Source of the DNA: Candidatus Nanopelagicales bacterium
GTDB lineage: Bacteria; Actinomycetota; Actinomycetes; JAHEKZ01
Assembly (NCBI GenBank): GCA_038316135.1
Contig: JBBQAL010000002.1
Span: 1,869-65,868, forward strand
DNA: 64,000 nt
Direction: 5' to 3'
Shown here one piece after another: positions 44,132-53,915 of this stretch (within the stretch, counting starts at the first letter, position 1; the number at the start of each line of letters is the position of its first letter). The notes below the pieces were generated by a model. That model was not told the DNA's origin. It saw only the letters and a list, made by a program, of their open reading frames with translations, and made no database searches. Made by a program: the position numbers and the translations under genes.

Positions 44132-44749
44132 ATGACCGACGACGACGTCGATGTGCTCGAAGCGCTTCGCAAGGGCGACGAGCAGGCGTTCGCCACGCTC
44201 ATCGACTCCTGGTCGCCATCGATGCTGCGCTATGCCGGCTACTTCGTCCGCAGCCACGCGAGCGCTGAGGACGTGGTGCAGGAGACGTGGCTGGCGGTCC
44301 TCCACGGCCTCGATGGGTTCCGCGGCGACGCCTCGCTACGCAGCTGGACCTTCCGAATCTTGGCCAACATTGCGCGCAAGCGAGGAGGTCGTGACGCGCG
44401 CTCAGTTCCTGTAGGGCTCACCTCCGACGAACCAACCTATGAGGCCGGCCGGTTCCGCGGACTCGGTGACCCGTGGCCCGGTCATTGGCGCACCGACGCT
44501 GCTCCCACACCGTGGCATCCAGAAGAGCGACTGCTCTCCCGTGAGGCTCGTGATGCGGTGTACGCCGCAATGGCCGGGCTACCTGAGCGTCAGCGTGTCG
44601 TCGTCGAGCTTCGCGACGTTCACGGTTTGTCTTCGGCTGAGGTGTGCGATGCGTTGACGATCAGTCCGGAGAACCAGCGAGTGCTTCTTCACCGCGGTCG
44701 AGGCCGCGTCCGCGCAGCTCTGGAGTCGTTCATGGAGGTGCGCCCATGA
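44132..44749 (+). CDS. ECF sigma factor
   Basis: Start at MTDDDVDVLEAL. Region 2 (AEDVVQETWLAVLHGLDGFRGDASLRSWTFRILAN) and a region-4 HTH (QRVVVELRDVHGLSSAEVCDALTISPENQRVLLHRGRGRVR). Confidence 0.8.
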   Translation: MTDDDVDVLEALRKGDEQAFATLIDSWSPSMLRYAGYFVRSHASAEDVVQETWLAVLHGLDGFRGDASLRSWTFRILANIARKRGGRDARSVPVGLTSDEPTYEAGRFRGLGDPWPGHWRTDAAPTPWHPEERLLSREARDAVYAAMAGLPERQRVVVELRDVHGLSSAEVCDALTISPENQRVLLHRGRGRVRAALESFMEVRP

Positions 44750-44985
44750 CTGCAGACCTCGCCTGTCAGGAACTTGTCGAGCTGCTGAGCCACTACCTGG
44801 ACAACCAGTTGTCGCAGCAGGCGGCTGACCACGTTGAACTCCACCTATCAGACTGTCCGGGGTGTCAGACGGCTCTGGAACACCTCCGCACCAGCGTTGC
44901 ACTTACCCGGTCAACGCAAGTGGCGTCCCTAGCGCCGGACGTGCGTCAGCGACTGCTCACCGAGTTTCGACGAATCACTGGCTAA
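44746..44985 (+). CDS. Small zinc-binding (ZAS-type) anti-sigma factor
   Basis: 79 aa with the HxxxCxxC motif (HLSDCPGCQ). The ATG overlaps the sigma-gene stop (ATGA). Start at MTADLACQEL. Confidence 0.7.
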   Translation: MTADLACQELVELLSHYLDNQLSQQAADHVELHLSDCPGCQTALEHLRTSVALTRSTQVASLAPDVRQRLLTEFRRITG

Positions 44986-45955
44986 GGGGTTGCCACATGG
45001 AGAGAGCAAATCGGCCCGCCTGATCGGTCCACCACCCGAGCGGGCCGAAGCCGATCGTGGCCATCTCCGCTGACAAGGACTCACGTCGGAACTTTGCCGA
45101 GATCTCGGTGCGCATCTCCTCGTCATCGACGAAGTCGACAGTCAGGTCGATGGCGGCCACCCGCACTGTCATGGCCCGCAGAGCGCGAAGGCGCATCTCA
45201 ATCCATTCAAACTCATCGTCCCAGATGACGACATGCTCGAACCCTTCCGCGTCGAAATCGGCGCCCAGCTCCCGGTTGACCACAGACAACACGTTCCGGT
45301 TAAAGGCAGCGGTGACCCCGGCGGAGTCGTCGTAAGCGGGTATGAGCACCTCGGGTGCTTTGACCAGGTCGGTTCCCAGAAGCAGCGTGTCGCTTGGCTG
45401 CATCACCGAATGAAGGGCTTGCAGAAATCGCGCCCGGTAGTCCGGCTCGAAGTTGCCGATCGTGCCACCGAGGAAAGCGATGAGTCGCGAGCTACTGGCA
45501 GGAATCTCGGCGAGGTGACGATCGAAGTCGGCGACCAAGCCACGAACTGCCAGGCCCGGATAAGCTTCAGCAAGGACGGGACCCGCGGCCAGCAGGGCGC
45601 TCTCACTGACGTCGAGAGCAACGTACTGACGCAATGTGCCGGTTTTGACGAGCGCGTCGAGAAGCCAACGCGTCTTGGTCGAGGAGCCTGAGCCAAGCTC
45701 GACCAGACTCTCCGCACCAGCGCAACCGACGATCTCAGCGACATGGTGCTTAAGAATCTCAGCTTCCGCACGGGTGGGGTAGTACTCGGGAAGGCGGGTG
45801 ATCTCCTCGAAGAGCTCACTGCCGGCCTTGTCGTAGAACCACTTGGGCGGCAGCCATTTCGGCGAGGCTGTCAGCCCTCGGCGCACGTCCGCGCGGAGGG
45901 CCGTACCGAGGAACTCCTCGGGCAAATGATGATCGATCTGGAAGTCGTACATCAA
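44975..45955 (-). CDS. egtD: L-histidine N-alpha-methyltransferase (ergothioneine biosynthesis)
   Basis: 326 aa. N-terminus YDFQIDHHLPEEFLGTALRADVRRGLTASPKWLPPKWFYD and SAM site ELGSGSSTKT. Position after egtC. Confidence 0.9.
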   Translation of the reverse strand: MMYDFQIDHHLPEEFLGTALRADVRRGLTASPKWLPPKWFYDKAGSELFEEITRLPEYYPTRAEAEILKHHVAEIVGCAGAESLVELGSGSSTKTRWLLDALVKTGTLRQYVALDVSESALLAAGPVLAEAYPGLAVRGLVADFDRHLAEIPASSSRLIAFLGGTIGNFEPDYRARFLQALHSVMQPSDTLLLGTDLVKAPEVLIPAYDDSAGVTAAFNRNVLSVVNRELGADFDAEGFEHVVIWDDEFEWIEMRLRALRAMTVRVAAIDLTVDFVDDEEMRTEISAKFRRESLSAEMATIGFGPLGWWTDQAGRFALSMWQPLSQ

Positions 45956-46701
45956 GGGGCCACCCTCTCCAACGGTTGAACCTCAATGCTCGAACTGGTC
46001 GCCACGACGACACTGTCGTCTGGCACTTGCTGCCAGCCTCCGCTGGTGTCCGCGGGCTCCGATGCCACCGTCACCCCGCTGTCGTCCTGGTAGGTGAACA
46101 GGGTGTCGCCGGCCGATGTTGCGACGATCTGCTCACCGTCGTGCAGCAACATGTTGTACCGACCGGGCGAGCATCGCTGCGCACGGACGGCCACCTTTGC
46201 CAGTGCTCGGAGTGCGGTGATCCCGTTCTCCAGCTCTCGCTGTACCAACAACCAGAGGAGAGCCGAATCTGTACGTGCGACTAGGCGCAGAAGTTCAGCT
46301 TGCGGGACGTCAGCAACCAGCTCCGCTACGTCCGTTGGCCACCGATCGATGCGACCGTTGTGGCTGAAGAGCCGTTCGCCGTCGCTGAAGGGAGCTGCCG
46401 ACTCAACTCCCGAAGCCGTTCCTGGGGTGGCCGAGCGGACCGCGGCCAGAACGGCCTCGGAGGAAACAGTGCCCGTCAGTTCAGGCAAGTTTGGGTCGCC
46501 CCAGAGTGGGATACCACGTCGATAGCGCTGGGGGCGCTTGGAGTCACCGGTCCACCAGCCGATCCCGAAGCCGTCGGCGTTGACCGTGCCGTACTTTTGG
46601 AACCGCGGCTGCCAGGCTTGTCGTTGTAGACCGAACTCCGGCTCAAGAATGAGGTCAGACAACGTCCGGGGACGCCCGATGTAGGCAAAGTGGCGGCACA
46701 T
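45952..46701 (-). CDS. egtC: Ergothioneine biosynthesis amidohydrolase (class-II glutamine amidotransferase fold)
   Basis: Start at MCRHFAYIGRP, with Cys2 as the N-terminal nucleophile. About 249 aa. Between egtB and egtD. Confidence 0.85.
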   Translation of the reverse strand: MCRHFAYIGRPRTLSDLILEPEFGLQRQAWQPRFQKYGTVNADGFGIGWWTGDSKRPQRYRRGIPLWGDPNLPELTGTVSSEAVLAAVRSATPGTASGVESAAPFSDGERLFSHNGRIDRWPTDVAELVADVPQAELLRLVARTDSALLWLLVQRELENGITALRALAKVAVRAQRCSPGRYNMLLHDGEQIVATSAGDTLFTYQDDSGVTVASEPADTSGGWQQVPDDSVVVATSSSIEVQPLERVAP

Positions 46702-46705
46702 CGCG

Positions 46706-48013
46706 CTACTCCCCTGCGTCCTGCGCACAGCGGAAGCCGCTGAAGATCTGCCTGCGGATCGGCAAGTCCCAGTTGCGGAACGTACCGCGGATGGCGACCG
46801 GGTCGACCGACCACGCCCCCCCGCGCAGCACTCGATGGGAGCGGCCAAAGAAGACTTCGGAGTACTCCCGGTACGGCCAGGCAGCAAAGCCCGGATACGG
46901 CGCGAAGGTGCTCGCCGTCCACTCCCAGACATCGCCAATCATCTGGTGAACTCCGTAGGCCGATGCTCCTTGGGGGTAGGCGCCAATCGGTGCTGGCTGA
47001 AGATATCGCTGCCCGAAATTGCCGTGCGCGACCGAAGGGTCGTCGTCACCCCATGGGTAACGGCGAGAGCGCCCCGAGACCGGGTCGTGGCGCGCAGCCT
47101 TCTCCCACTCCAGCTCGGTTGGCAGCCGTTTCCCCGCCCATCGGGCGTACGCGTCGGCCTCGAACCAGCTGACGTGCTGCACCGGCTCGCGGGCGGGCAA
47201 CGTCTCGTGCACCCCGAATCGGAGCCTGCTCCAGGATGCGCCTTCACGCTCCCAGAAGAGAGGGGCAACAAGCGCGGCCTCCTGCCGATGCCGCCACCCG
47301 TCCGGAGACCACCAGCGGGGGTCGTCGTATCCACCGGCTGTGACGAACTGCAGGTACTGCTCGTTGGTGACTGGGAAGGTATCGATCCAGAAGGCCGGCA
47401 AGTGAACCTCATGTGCTGGCCGTTCGTTGTCGAGCGCCCATGGCTCGGTGGACGTCCCCATCGTGAAGGCACCCCCCGGGATGAACCGTTCCGCGGGAAC
47501 GGTCTTCAGATCAAGGACGGCTTCTGGCGGCGCCGCTGCCCAGAGCAGACCGGGCCCCCGGCGCAGCTGGTGTGTTGCCAGCATCGTCTCGTCGTGCTGT
47601 GCCTCGTGCTGAGCGATCATGCCGAAAGCGAAGCCATCGTTGACGATCGGGCGTCCCTCCAGGGGCGTGTCGTCAAGGACGTCGAGGACTTTGGCCCGCA
47701 CTTCCGCTACGTAGGAGCGCGACTCCTGCGGCGAAAGCAGCGGCAACGCCGGACGCTCGGCCCGTGGATGTTGAAAAGCGTCGTAGAGCTCGTCGACGGC
47801 CGGGTCCATGACCGGGTCGCGGCCACCCACATCACGTACCAGCCAGAGCTCTTCCTGATTGCCGATGTGAGCCAGATCCCACACCAGCGGGGACATGATC
47901 GGTGAGTGCTGGCGCGTGAGATCGATGTCATCAACAACGTCGGTGAGCAAGTCGGTACGTGCCCTCGTCCGCTGCAGTGTTCGCGCGATCGATTCCTTGG
48001 ACGTCGACGTCAC
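46706..48013 (-). CDS. egtB: Hercynine oxygenase / sulfoxide synthase (DinB_2 plus FGE-sulfatase domains)
   Basis: 435 aa. DinB-like N-terminus with HxxxE and an FGE-like C-terminus (RGGAW, GFRC). Confidence 0.9.
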   Translation of the reverse strand: MTSTSKESIARTLQRTRARTDLLTDVVDDIDLTRQHSPIMSPLVWDLAHIGNQEELWLVRDVGGRDPVMDPAVDELYDAFQHPRAERPALPLLSPQESRSYVAEVRAKVLDVLDDTPLEGRPIVNDGFAFGMIAQHEAQHDETMLATHQLRRGPGLLWAAAPPEAVLDLKTVPAERFIPGGAFTMGTSTEPWALDNERPAHEVHLPAFWIDTFPVTNEQYLQFVTAGGYDDPRWWSPDGWRHRQEAALVAPLFWEREGASWSRLRFGVHETLPAREPVQHVSWFEADAYARWAGKRLPTELEWEKAARHDPVSGRSRRYPWGDDDPSVAHGNFGQRYLQPAPIGAYPQGASAYGVHQMIGDVWEWTASTFAPYPGFAAWPYREYSEVFFGRSHRVLRGGAWSVDPVAIRGTFRNWDLPIRRQIFSGFRCAQDAGE

Positions 48014-49419
48014 GGACGCACCCCAACCGGAACAGGGACTGGCGCATCAATAGCAGGGTGTGGTGGCGGAGTGACGCCTGGTCCAACTGCGCGCAAGTCG
48101 TCAGCCGGGCATCGGGCGGCGCTGGTGTAGTCATCGGAAAACCTCGCCAGGCGGTCAACGATCCATGGTGGCGCCGAGGATCGGTCCAGTGACTCAGTCG
48201 CCAGAGCGAGAAGTCCGGTCGCAGCGGACGCGATGGCGCGGTCGGCAAGGCCAAGGCGCGCAGCGTCCGACCAGCGACCCTCAGTCGGCTCAGTGAGCTC
48301 GAGCGCGCGATCACCGATGTCAGTGTCTTCAGCCAAGGCGTAGAGGACGGCAAGGGGAAGGGCCCAACCGTCTCCGCGCTGTGCATCCAGGTATCGAACT
48401 TCGACCGCGCCCCGCGGTCGCACCGGAGGGAACAGGGTCGTGAGGTGGTACCGAAGGTCAATCGGAGTCGGCGGGCGCAATCCCAGGGAATCAAAGCCGG
48501 AGATCCACTCGGAGAAGGTGAATCTTCGGGCGACCGACCACGAATCTTGCTCATCGTGGCTCGACCTGGGCAGCATCATCACCGGGGCTGCGAGCGCATA
48601 ACGGATGTAGGAGTCGGCGGCTTCCGGCGCCGGGTGCCGCGTCGGGACAGGCGAGGTGCGGGCAGGGTCCAGCGACAGCCAAACCCCTTGACGAGCGCTG
48701 ACCCAGCCAGTATCCCGACCCTCAACGAACGGTGAGTTTGCGAAAGCGGCGACCAGCGCCGGCCCAACGGCGTGCAACAACCGCCACCGACGCTGAATAT
48801 CCGCGGCGGCCCCGGATTCAAGGGTGATTTGCAGCGAAGCCGTTGCTCGCATCATCATCCGCCCGCTGGGACCGTATTGGTCGAGGTACGACTCCATGGC
48901 TCGGTACCGGGGGTGGTCGGTTCGGCGCGGCGGTAGGTAGACCGGATCGGTCCCTTCACCGAGCAGCTTCACGCCGGCCTTTGAACTCCTTCGCCGCAAC
49001 TCCTCCAGGTCGGCCGCGACGGCGGTCAAGGCGTCCACCAGCCCGCTGCAGACCCGCGAGGAAATCTCCAGCTGCCCACCGGGTTCCTCGGTGACCTGTC
49101 CCCCAGACCGCAACTCGCGTCGGTCCAGGGCATCAAGGCCATCGCGGGCAAGTGGGGCACCCATAGCGTCCCGGGTGAGGAACTCGACCTCGACGCCGAC
49201 CCGGCCAGGTACGGCGGTCGTGAAGGCAGTCGACATGAGCAAGTTCTCTGCGTCAGCCAGGGTCAGGCGTGCCGGGTCAGAAGAATGCGCCACAGCGACC
49301 TCCTCCCCGCGTGTCAGTAGTGGTCCACTCCGGCACAGCACAGAACTGCCCCTGGTCTGATCTGTGTCGGCAGCCCGAGCCACCGTTACACCCTTGCCCG
49401 ATTCTCGCCTACCGTCCAC
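48010..49419 (-). CDS. egtA: Glutamate--cysteine ligase, GCS2 family (ergothioneine pathway)
   Basis: GVEVEF motif and GCS2-like body. Overlaps egtB by 4 bp. First gene of the egtABCD block. Confidence 0.8.
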   Translation of the reverse strand: MDGRRESGKGVTVARAADTDQTRGSSVLCRSGPLLTRGEEVAVAHSSDPARLTLADAENLLMSTAFTTAVPGRVGVEVEFLTRDAMGAPLARDGLDALDRRELRSGGQVTEEPGGQLEISSRVCSGLVDALTAVAADLEELRRRSSKAGVKLLGEGTDPVYLPPRRTDHPRYRAMESYLDQYGPSGRMMMRATASLQITLESGAAADIQRRWRLLHAVGPALVAAFANSPFVEGRDTGWVSARQGVWLSLDPARTSPVPTRHPAPEAADSYIRYALAAPVMMLPRSSHDEQDSWSVARRFTFSEWISGFDSLGLRPPTPIDLRYHLTTLFPPVRPRGAVEVRYLDAQRGDGWALPLAVLYALAEDTDIGDRALELTEPTEGRWSDAARLGLADRAIASAATGLLALATESLDRSSAPPWIVDRLARFSDDYTSAARCPADDLRAVGPGVTPPPHPAIDAPVPVPVGVRP

Positions 49420-49467
49420 TCGTGGGCAGATCTCGTACGAGGAAGCCAGACCAGCGGGAGGTAGCGC

Positions 49468-50961
49468 TCAGACCGCGGCCATCACCAGCAGGCCGCCGGC
49501 GGCAGTCACGGCACCCGCTGTGACAACGGGGAGCCAGCGGAGCGCTCGCAACGCGGAGGGCCGCTGGCCTCGCTCTGCCCAGGTGAAGAGCCGCTCTTGG
49601 CCGCGGAGCACGGCGAAACCAACCCCGGCCAGAGTGAGTGCCATTCCTGCGCCGAACGCCAGGACGAGCAGGACGCCGAACCAGGCACGCCCGGCGGCGA
49701 CCGCCGCGAGCAGGACGACCACCGCTGAAGGGCTGGGGAGCAAGCCACCGGTGACCCCGAGCGCAACGAGGATGCCGCGCCTTGGCCGACGTTCATCCAC
49801 CCGCTCCGTTTCAACGTCCTGCGCGAGGGGCCGAACCAGCGTGTTTGTCGCCACCGCATCCCGGCCGTGGTCATGCAAGGGCCCGTGGTCATGCGAATGC
49901 CCGTGGTCATGCGAATGCCCGTGACCCGCTCCGCGGACCGCGTTACGCAGCAGCACGAGACCCATGACCAGGACAACGGCTCCGGTGATGACTCCAAGCA
50001 GCGGGTACACAGCAGCGGGAGCTGCCGTGGCCGTTCCGGCGACCACAAGGCCGAGGACCAGGACACTGGCCGTATGGGTGGCGGTCACCGTGATCCCAAC
50101 GGTCAGCGCGGCGCGACCGGCCCGCTCACGCCGCCCGGCCAGAGCGAACGCCACAAGTGACTTGCCGTGTCCTGGTGCCAGTGCATGAGTGGCCCCGACA
50201 ACAAGTGCCACCAAGAGCGCCAGTGTTATGCCGATAGGGCCTGTCGCCGTCGACGACACCGAGCCCAGCAAGGCGGCACCCCAGCCCCATGGCGTGCTGG
50301 TACTCGTCGAGGTCGCCGTCTGCGCAGGTGCCGCCAGCGACGGTCCACCGGGCTCAAGTTGAGCAGAGGCCGTATTGACGTGCAGGGGGTTCGTCTGTTG
50401 CGACTCCGGGTACTCGGTTAGTACTCCCGACACACTCTGGGTCGGGACGTTGGTATCGGTCACGGTGACGCCATCTCCCTGCAGGGTCACCTCGCGCCAT
50501 CCGACCTCCGTTGGTGCGGTGTCGTCGGAGAAAGTGAGTGAGCCACCCGCCGCGACCGCAACGACTCCACGCAGGTTGCACTCAAGTCGCATGGTGTTCA
50601 GGCCAGCCTGTCCAGCCGCCAGTGACGCTGAGGACCCCTCGGACCGCAACACCACCGAACGATCGCCAACCGACATCTGAAGGTCGCGAGCAGCTTCGTC
50701 ACACTGGGCCAGAGCAAAACGGCTCAGCTCGCCAGCCGAGGCTGACTCATCGCCATTGACGTCGAGCTCCGCCATGGCCTGTACGGTGGGAATCTCCGCA
50801 AGGTCGACCACGTGCACGACCTGGACCTGGTCTGTCGAGACAACGATCCCGTTGTAATGGTTGACCGAGAAATTCCCGAGCGGGTGCGCCGATGCGGCGC
50901 CCGGAGCGGCCAACAAACCGACGATGGCGAGCGCAGCAACGGCAAGCACGCGACGGATCAT
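49468..50961 (-). CDS. COG2215/RcnA-like metal (Ni/Co-type) transporter-family membrane protein with an N-terminal secreted domain and a His-rich loop
   Basis: Signal peptide (...AAPGAASA|HPLGNF), a roughly 230-aa extracytoplasmic domain, then TM helices carrying the HALAPGHGKSL motif and a GHGHSHDHGHSHDHGPLHDHG loop. The ATG overlaps the TPR-gene stop (ATGA). Confidence 0.65.
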   Translation of the reverse strand: MIRRVLAVAALAIVGLLAAPGAASAHPLGNFSVNHYNGIVVSTDQVQVVHVVDLAEIPTVQAMAELDVNGDESASAGELSRFALAQCDEAARDLQMSVGDRSVVLRSEGSSASLAAGQAGLNTMRLECNLRGVVAVAAGGSLTFSDDTAPTEVGWREVTLQGDGVTVTDTNVPTQSVSGVLTEYPESQQTNPLHVNTASAQLEPGGPSLAAPAQTATSTSTSTPWGWGAALLGSVSSTATGPIGITLALLVALVVGATHALAPGHGKSLVAFALAGRRERAGRAALTVGITVTATHTASVLVLGLVVAGTATAAPAAVYPLLGVITGAVVLVMGLVLLRNAVRGAGHGHSHDHGHSHDHGPLHDHGRDAVATNTLVRPLAQDVETERVDERRPRRGILVALGVTGGLLPSPSAVVVLLAAVAAGRAWFGVLLVLAFGAGMALTLAGVGFAVLRGQERLFTWAERGQRPSALRALRWLPVVTAGAVTAAGGLLVMAAV

Positions 50962-52292
50962 GAGCTCGCCTCCAGCTCGGCGAGAAGTTCCTGCAGCTGT
51001 TCGGACTGCCACGGTGCGTACCCTCTGTCGCTGCGCAATGCAGCCTGCAGATGGGTCCGTGCGGCGCCCTGCATCCCGAGTGCGAGTTCGATGGCACCTC
51101 GGTGCTGCAGCGATCGGGCGTCACCGCCGTAAACCGTCGCCAGACGGGCATATCGCAGCGCCTCGGTGTCCCGACCATTGACATGTAGGGCCCAAGCCAG
51201 GGCGTCAGCGACCAGCGGTGAGTGACGACGCCCCCATTCAGCCTCGGCATTGCGCAGGGCAATAGTGGCGTCGCCGTGGTCTGCCTCGAACCACGCGAGC
51301 TCGAGATCTGGGCGGATGCCAGACGCCCTGGCTAGGCGGGCAGACGCACGCACAACGGCGTACTGCTGCTGCGCGGCCCCGCGATCACCGGAGATCTCAT
51401 AGAGCTCGCCGAGCGCGATCAGGTGCTCAAGCAGCGGCACCCTGGTCACCACCTCGCGCAAGATGCTGATCGCACGGTCGACGTGACCACGCAGGGCAAG
51501 CACGCGCGCGCGGCCGGCGAGTGCATTCGGGTCAGTGGGCACCACCTGCAACGCCGCCCGGTAATGCGCGTCAGCAGCGCCGAGGTCTCCGGCGCGGCGA
51601 GCTATCTCTCCAAGGTGGTAGTTGACGAAGGCACGTGCATTAGGGTCCGTTGCGCTGGTGAGCGCAGAGGAGAAGTAGCGGCGAGCGTCTGTTTCGTTCC
51701 CGCGAAGCTCAGACTGGTAGGCCAGACGCGTCGTTGCAGCAAGTCCTGGTTGCAGTCGGTCGAAGGTGCGGGCGGCCCGTAGCGCGGCAGGAAGCTTTCC
51801 GAGCTCGGTCAGTGCGTCGACTCGGACGCCGAGCGCCGGGCGCGAGTACGGATTGAGGCGCAGCGCTCGGTCTGCTTGGGCAAGCGCCGCCGTGAAGCGA
51901 TGTTCGGCCGAGAGCAGCGCGGCCTGGGCAGCCTGGGCGAGGTCGTTGGCGCGCGGCATCTCTTCAAGTGATCGAGTGGCAGCCTGCTTCGACGCGGCGT
52001 ACGCCGCTGGGTCTGCCGTCACGCGCCCTTGTTCGATGAGGAGCAGTGCAAGGACCCCCCAGCTATGTGCGTCAGCCGGCTGTGCGTCAAGGTGCTGCCG
52101 CAGCGACTCGATCTGTCCAGCGAGGTCCGCGCTCGACGTGAAGACGGCCGCGTCGGCGTTGGCGTTGGCTGAGGGATCGGTGGGGGGCGACTGCGCACCG
52201 CTCAGTCGCGGAGGCAGCAGCGCAGCGGCAACGGTGAGGGCTCCTGCAATCACCAGCGCCGCTGCAGCTTTGGCCGGTCGTGAGGGTGTCAC
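50958..52292 (-). CDS. Secreted tetratricopeptide-repeat protein
   Basis: N-terminal signal/TM (AAALVIAGALTVAAALL) followed by multiple TPR-like Ala/Leu/Arg repeats (e.g. YFSSALTSATDPNARAFVNYHLGEIARRAGD). Confidence 0.7.
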   Translation of the reverse strand: MTPSRPAKAAAALVIAGALTVAAALLPPRLSGAQSPPTDPSANANADAAVFTSSADLAGQIESLRQHLDAQPADAHSWGVLALLLIEQGRVTADPAAYAASKQAATRSLEEMPRANDLAQAAQAALLSAEHRFTAALAQADRALRLNPYSRPALGVRVDALTELGKLPAALRAARTFDRLQPGLAATTRLAYQSELRGNETDARRYFSSALTSATDPNARAFVNYHLGEIARRAGDLGAADAHYRAALQVVPTDPNALAGRARVLALRGHVDRAISILREVVTRVPLLEHLIALGELYEISGDRGAAQQQYAVVRASARLARASGIRPDLELAWFEADHGDATIALRNAEAEWGRRHSPLVADALAWALHVNGRDTEALRYARLATVYGGDARSLQHRGAIELALGMQGAARTHLQAALRSDRGYAPWQSEQLQELLAELEASS

Positions 52293-52391
52293 GTCGTCTC
52301 CTCGGGTGGATCGAGTGGTGGTGGCGGTGGTTGGGGCCGGGCCCTGGCCGCCCCGCCGATGTGGCGGAGCGGCCAGGGAGTTTCCCCGCGG

Positions 52392-53915
52392 TCAGGCCTT
52401 CGCGGATTCGGTGCGTCCGGCGCGACCGAACATCACCGCGCCGCCGACCATCGCCAGGAATCCGAGAGCAACGGCTGCCGCGGACCACGGCGAGCCACCC
52501 TCTGACGCGACACCTGCGCTAACGGCGTTGGCCGCATCCGATCCGCCTTCGATCGGCGAGTACGAGCTGTTGCTCACGGTGGGACCACTCACGGAACCGT
52601 CGTGCGGCAACGCGACGTACGGGAAGTACTCCGTGAACGCCTTGTCGTTCGTGCCGACGCCGTCACCAAGGTCGTTCGGTGAGCCGACGAGCTCACCCTC
52701 GACGACCTGAAGCGCGATGTCGAGGACGTCATCGGTCAGTCGTCGCCCGTTCGGGAACCCAGCGGTGTCGCCACCGATAACCCCAAGACGGTCGGGGTTC
52801 GCGGTCGGTGGGATCGAGGTGTTGAGCCTCAGCATCTCGCCCGGCGCCTTTAGGTTCGCGGGCTGGTTGAGCCCTTCCACACCAGTGAGGAAGACCGAAA
52901 CCAGATCGTCGCGAGGAGTCGCCGGTGCGGGGATGCCATAGACGGCGTCCACAAGGTCAGCCAGGTGTGAGTTCTTCACGTACTTCAGGTACTGCGGGTC
53001 ATCCACCGGACGGCTGGCGTTGAAACCATCTTTGTCCTTGAGTGGGATGACTACCTCGTTCACAAGCGGGTTGCCAAGGCGCGAAACCTGCGACCATTTG
53101 CCGGACGCCGTGCGCTCCTGCGTGGTGGTCCATACACCGAAGACGGGGTCGCCGTCGGTGGTCAACGACTTCGACGGCACCTGGAGCGCAACCGTGTTCA
53201 CATTGAACCCAGCGAGCGTGTCGTTTCCAACTTCAGAGAGGTCACCGCCATAGAGCAGGTCAAATACGCGCAGGTCGAGGAAGAACGGGTCGTCGGCCTG
53301 ACCGGCGTAGGTCTTTCCGTTTCCCTTGAGTACGGGTGTGATCGCCTCGTTCCGCAGCTGCGCGTAGTTCGGCATGGATGCGGTTCCGGTGTGGCTTGGA
53401 GCGACTGGGCCCTTTGCCATGACCTTGGTTCCACCCCCGACGTTCAGACGCGTCAAGGTGAACTTCTGGCGCACGTTGAGGTCAGGGTCGGTGAGGCTGG
53501 TGACCTGTCCGGTGTTGTAGAGGAAGGTGTCCTCGTTCTGGTAGGTGGTCTTGAAGGTCCACCGGTAAATCTTCTCCGCCTTCGCATCCCCGTCGTTGTC
53601 GATACGCAGGTCATACTGCGCGTCGGTGGCGAATGGGTAGAAGTTGGGACCGCCCGATGGCTCCTCGAAGGGAATCCAGTTGGCGATGAGGGTCGTTTTG
53701 GCCGGTGCCTTCGGGCTCACAAAGGCGTACAGGTCGGTGCCGTCGTACTGTGGCATGCCACTGATCAGTGGTGCCTCGCGGTGGCTGGACGCCACAGCGC
53801 TCAGGGGAGCAAGGCCGACAGCGCCGACGCCAGCGATCAGCGCCCCGCTGGCGAGTGTGGCTGCAGCACGACGACGCCGGGTGGCGCGATTCGTGCGTGG
53901 GGTTGGGGGTTGCAT
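52392..53915 (-). CDS. DUF4331-family secreted protein with a C-terminal membrane anchor
   Basis: TAT-like signal (RRRRAAATLASGALIAGVGAV). The hallmark SSHREAP motif follows the predicted cleavage site. C-terminal hydrophobic segment AAAVALGFLAMVGGAVMF. Confidence 0.7.
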   Translation of the reverse strand: MQPPTPRTNRATRRRRAAATLASGALIAGVGAVGLAPLSAVASSHREAPLISGMPQYDGTDLYAFVSPKAPAKTTLIANWIPFEEPSGGPNFYPFATDAQYDLRIDNDGDAKAEKIYRWTFKTTYQNEDTFLYNTGQVTSLTDPDLNVRQKFTLTRLNVGGGTKVMAKGPVAPSHTGTASMPNYAQLRNEAITPVLKGNGKTYAGQADDPFFLDLRVFDLLYGGDLSEVGNDTLAGFNVNTVALQVPSKSLTTDGDPVFGVWTTTQERTASGKWSQVSRLGNPLVNEVVIPLKDKDGFNASRPVDDPQYLKYVKNSHLADLVDAVYGIPAPATPRDDLVSVFLTGVEGLNQPANLKAPGEMLRLNTSIPPTANPDRLGVIGGDTAGFPNGRRLTDDVLDIALQVVEGELVGSPNDLGDGVGTNDKAFTEYFPYVALPHDGSVSGPTVSNSSYSPIEGGSDAANAVSAGVASEGGSPWSAAAVALGFLAMVGGAVMFGRAGRTESAKA

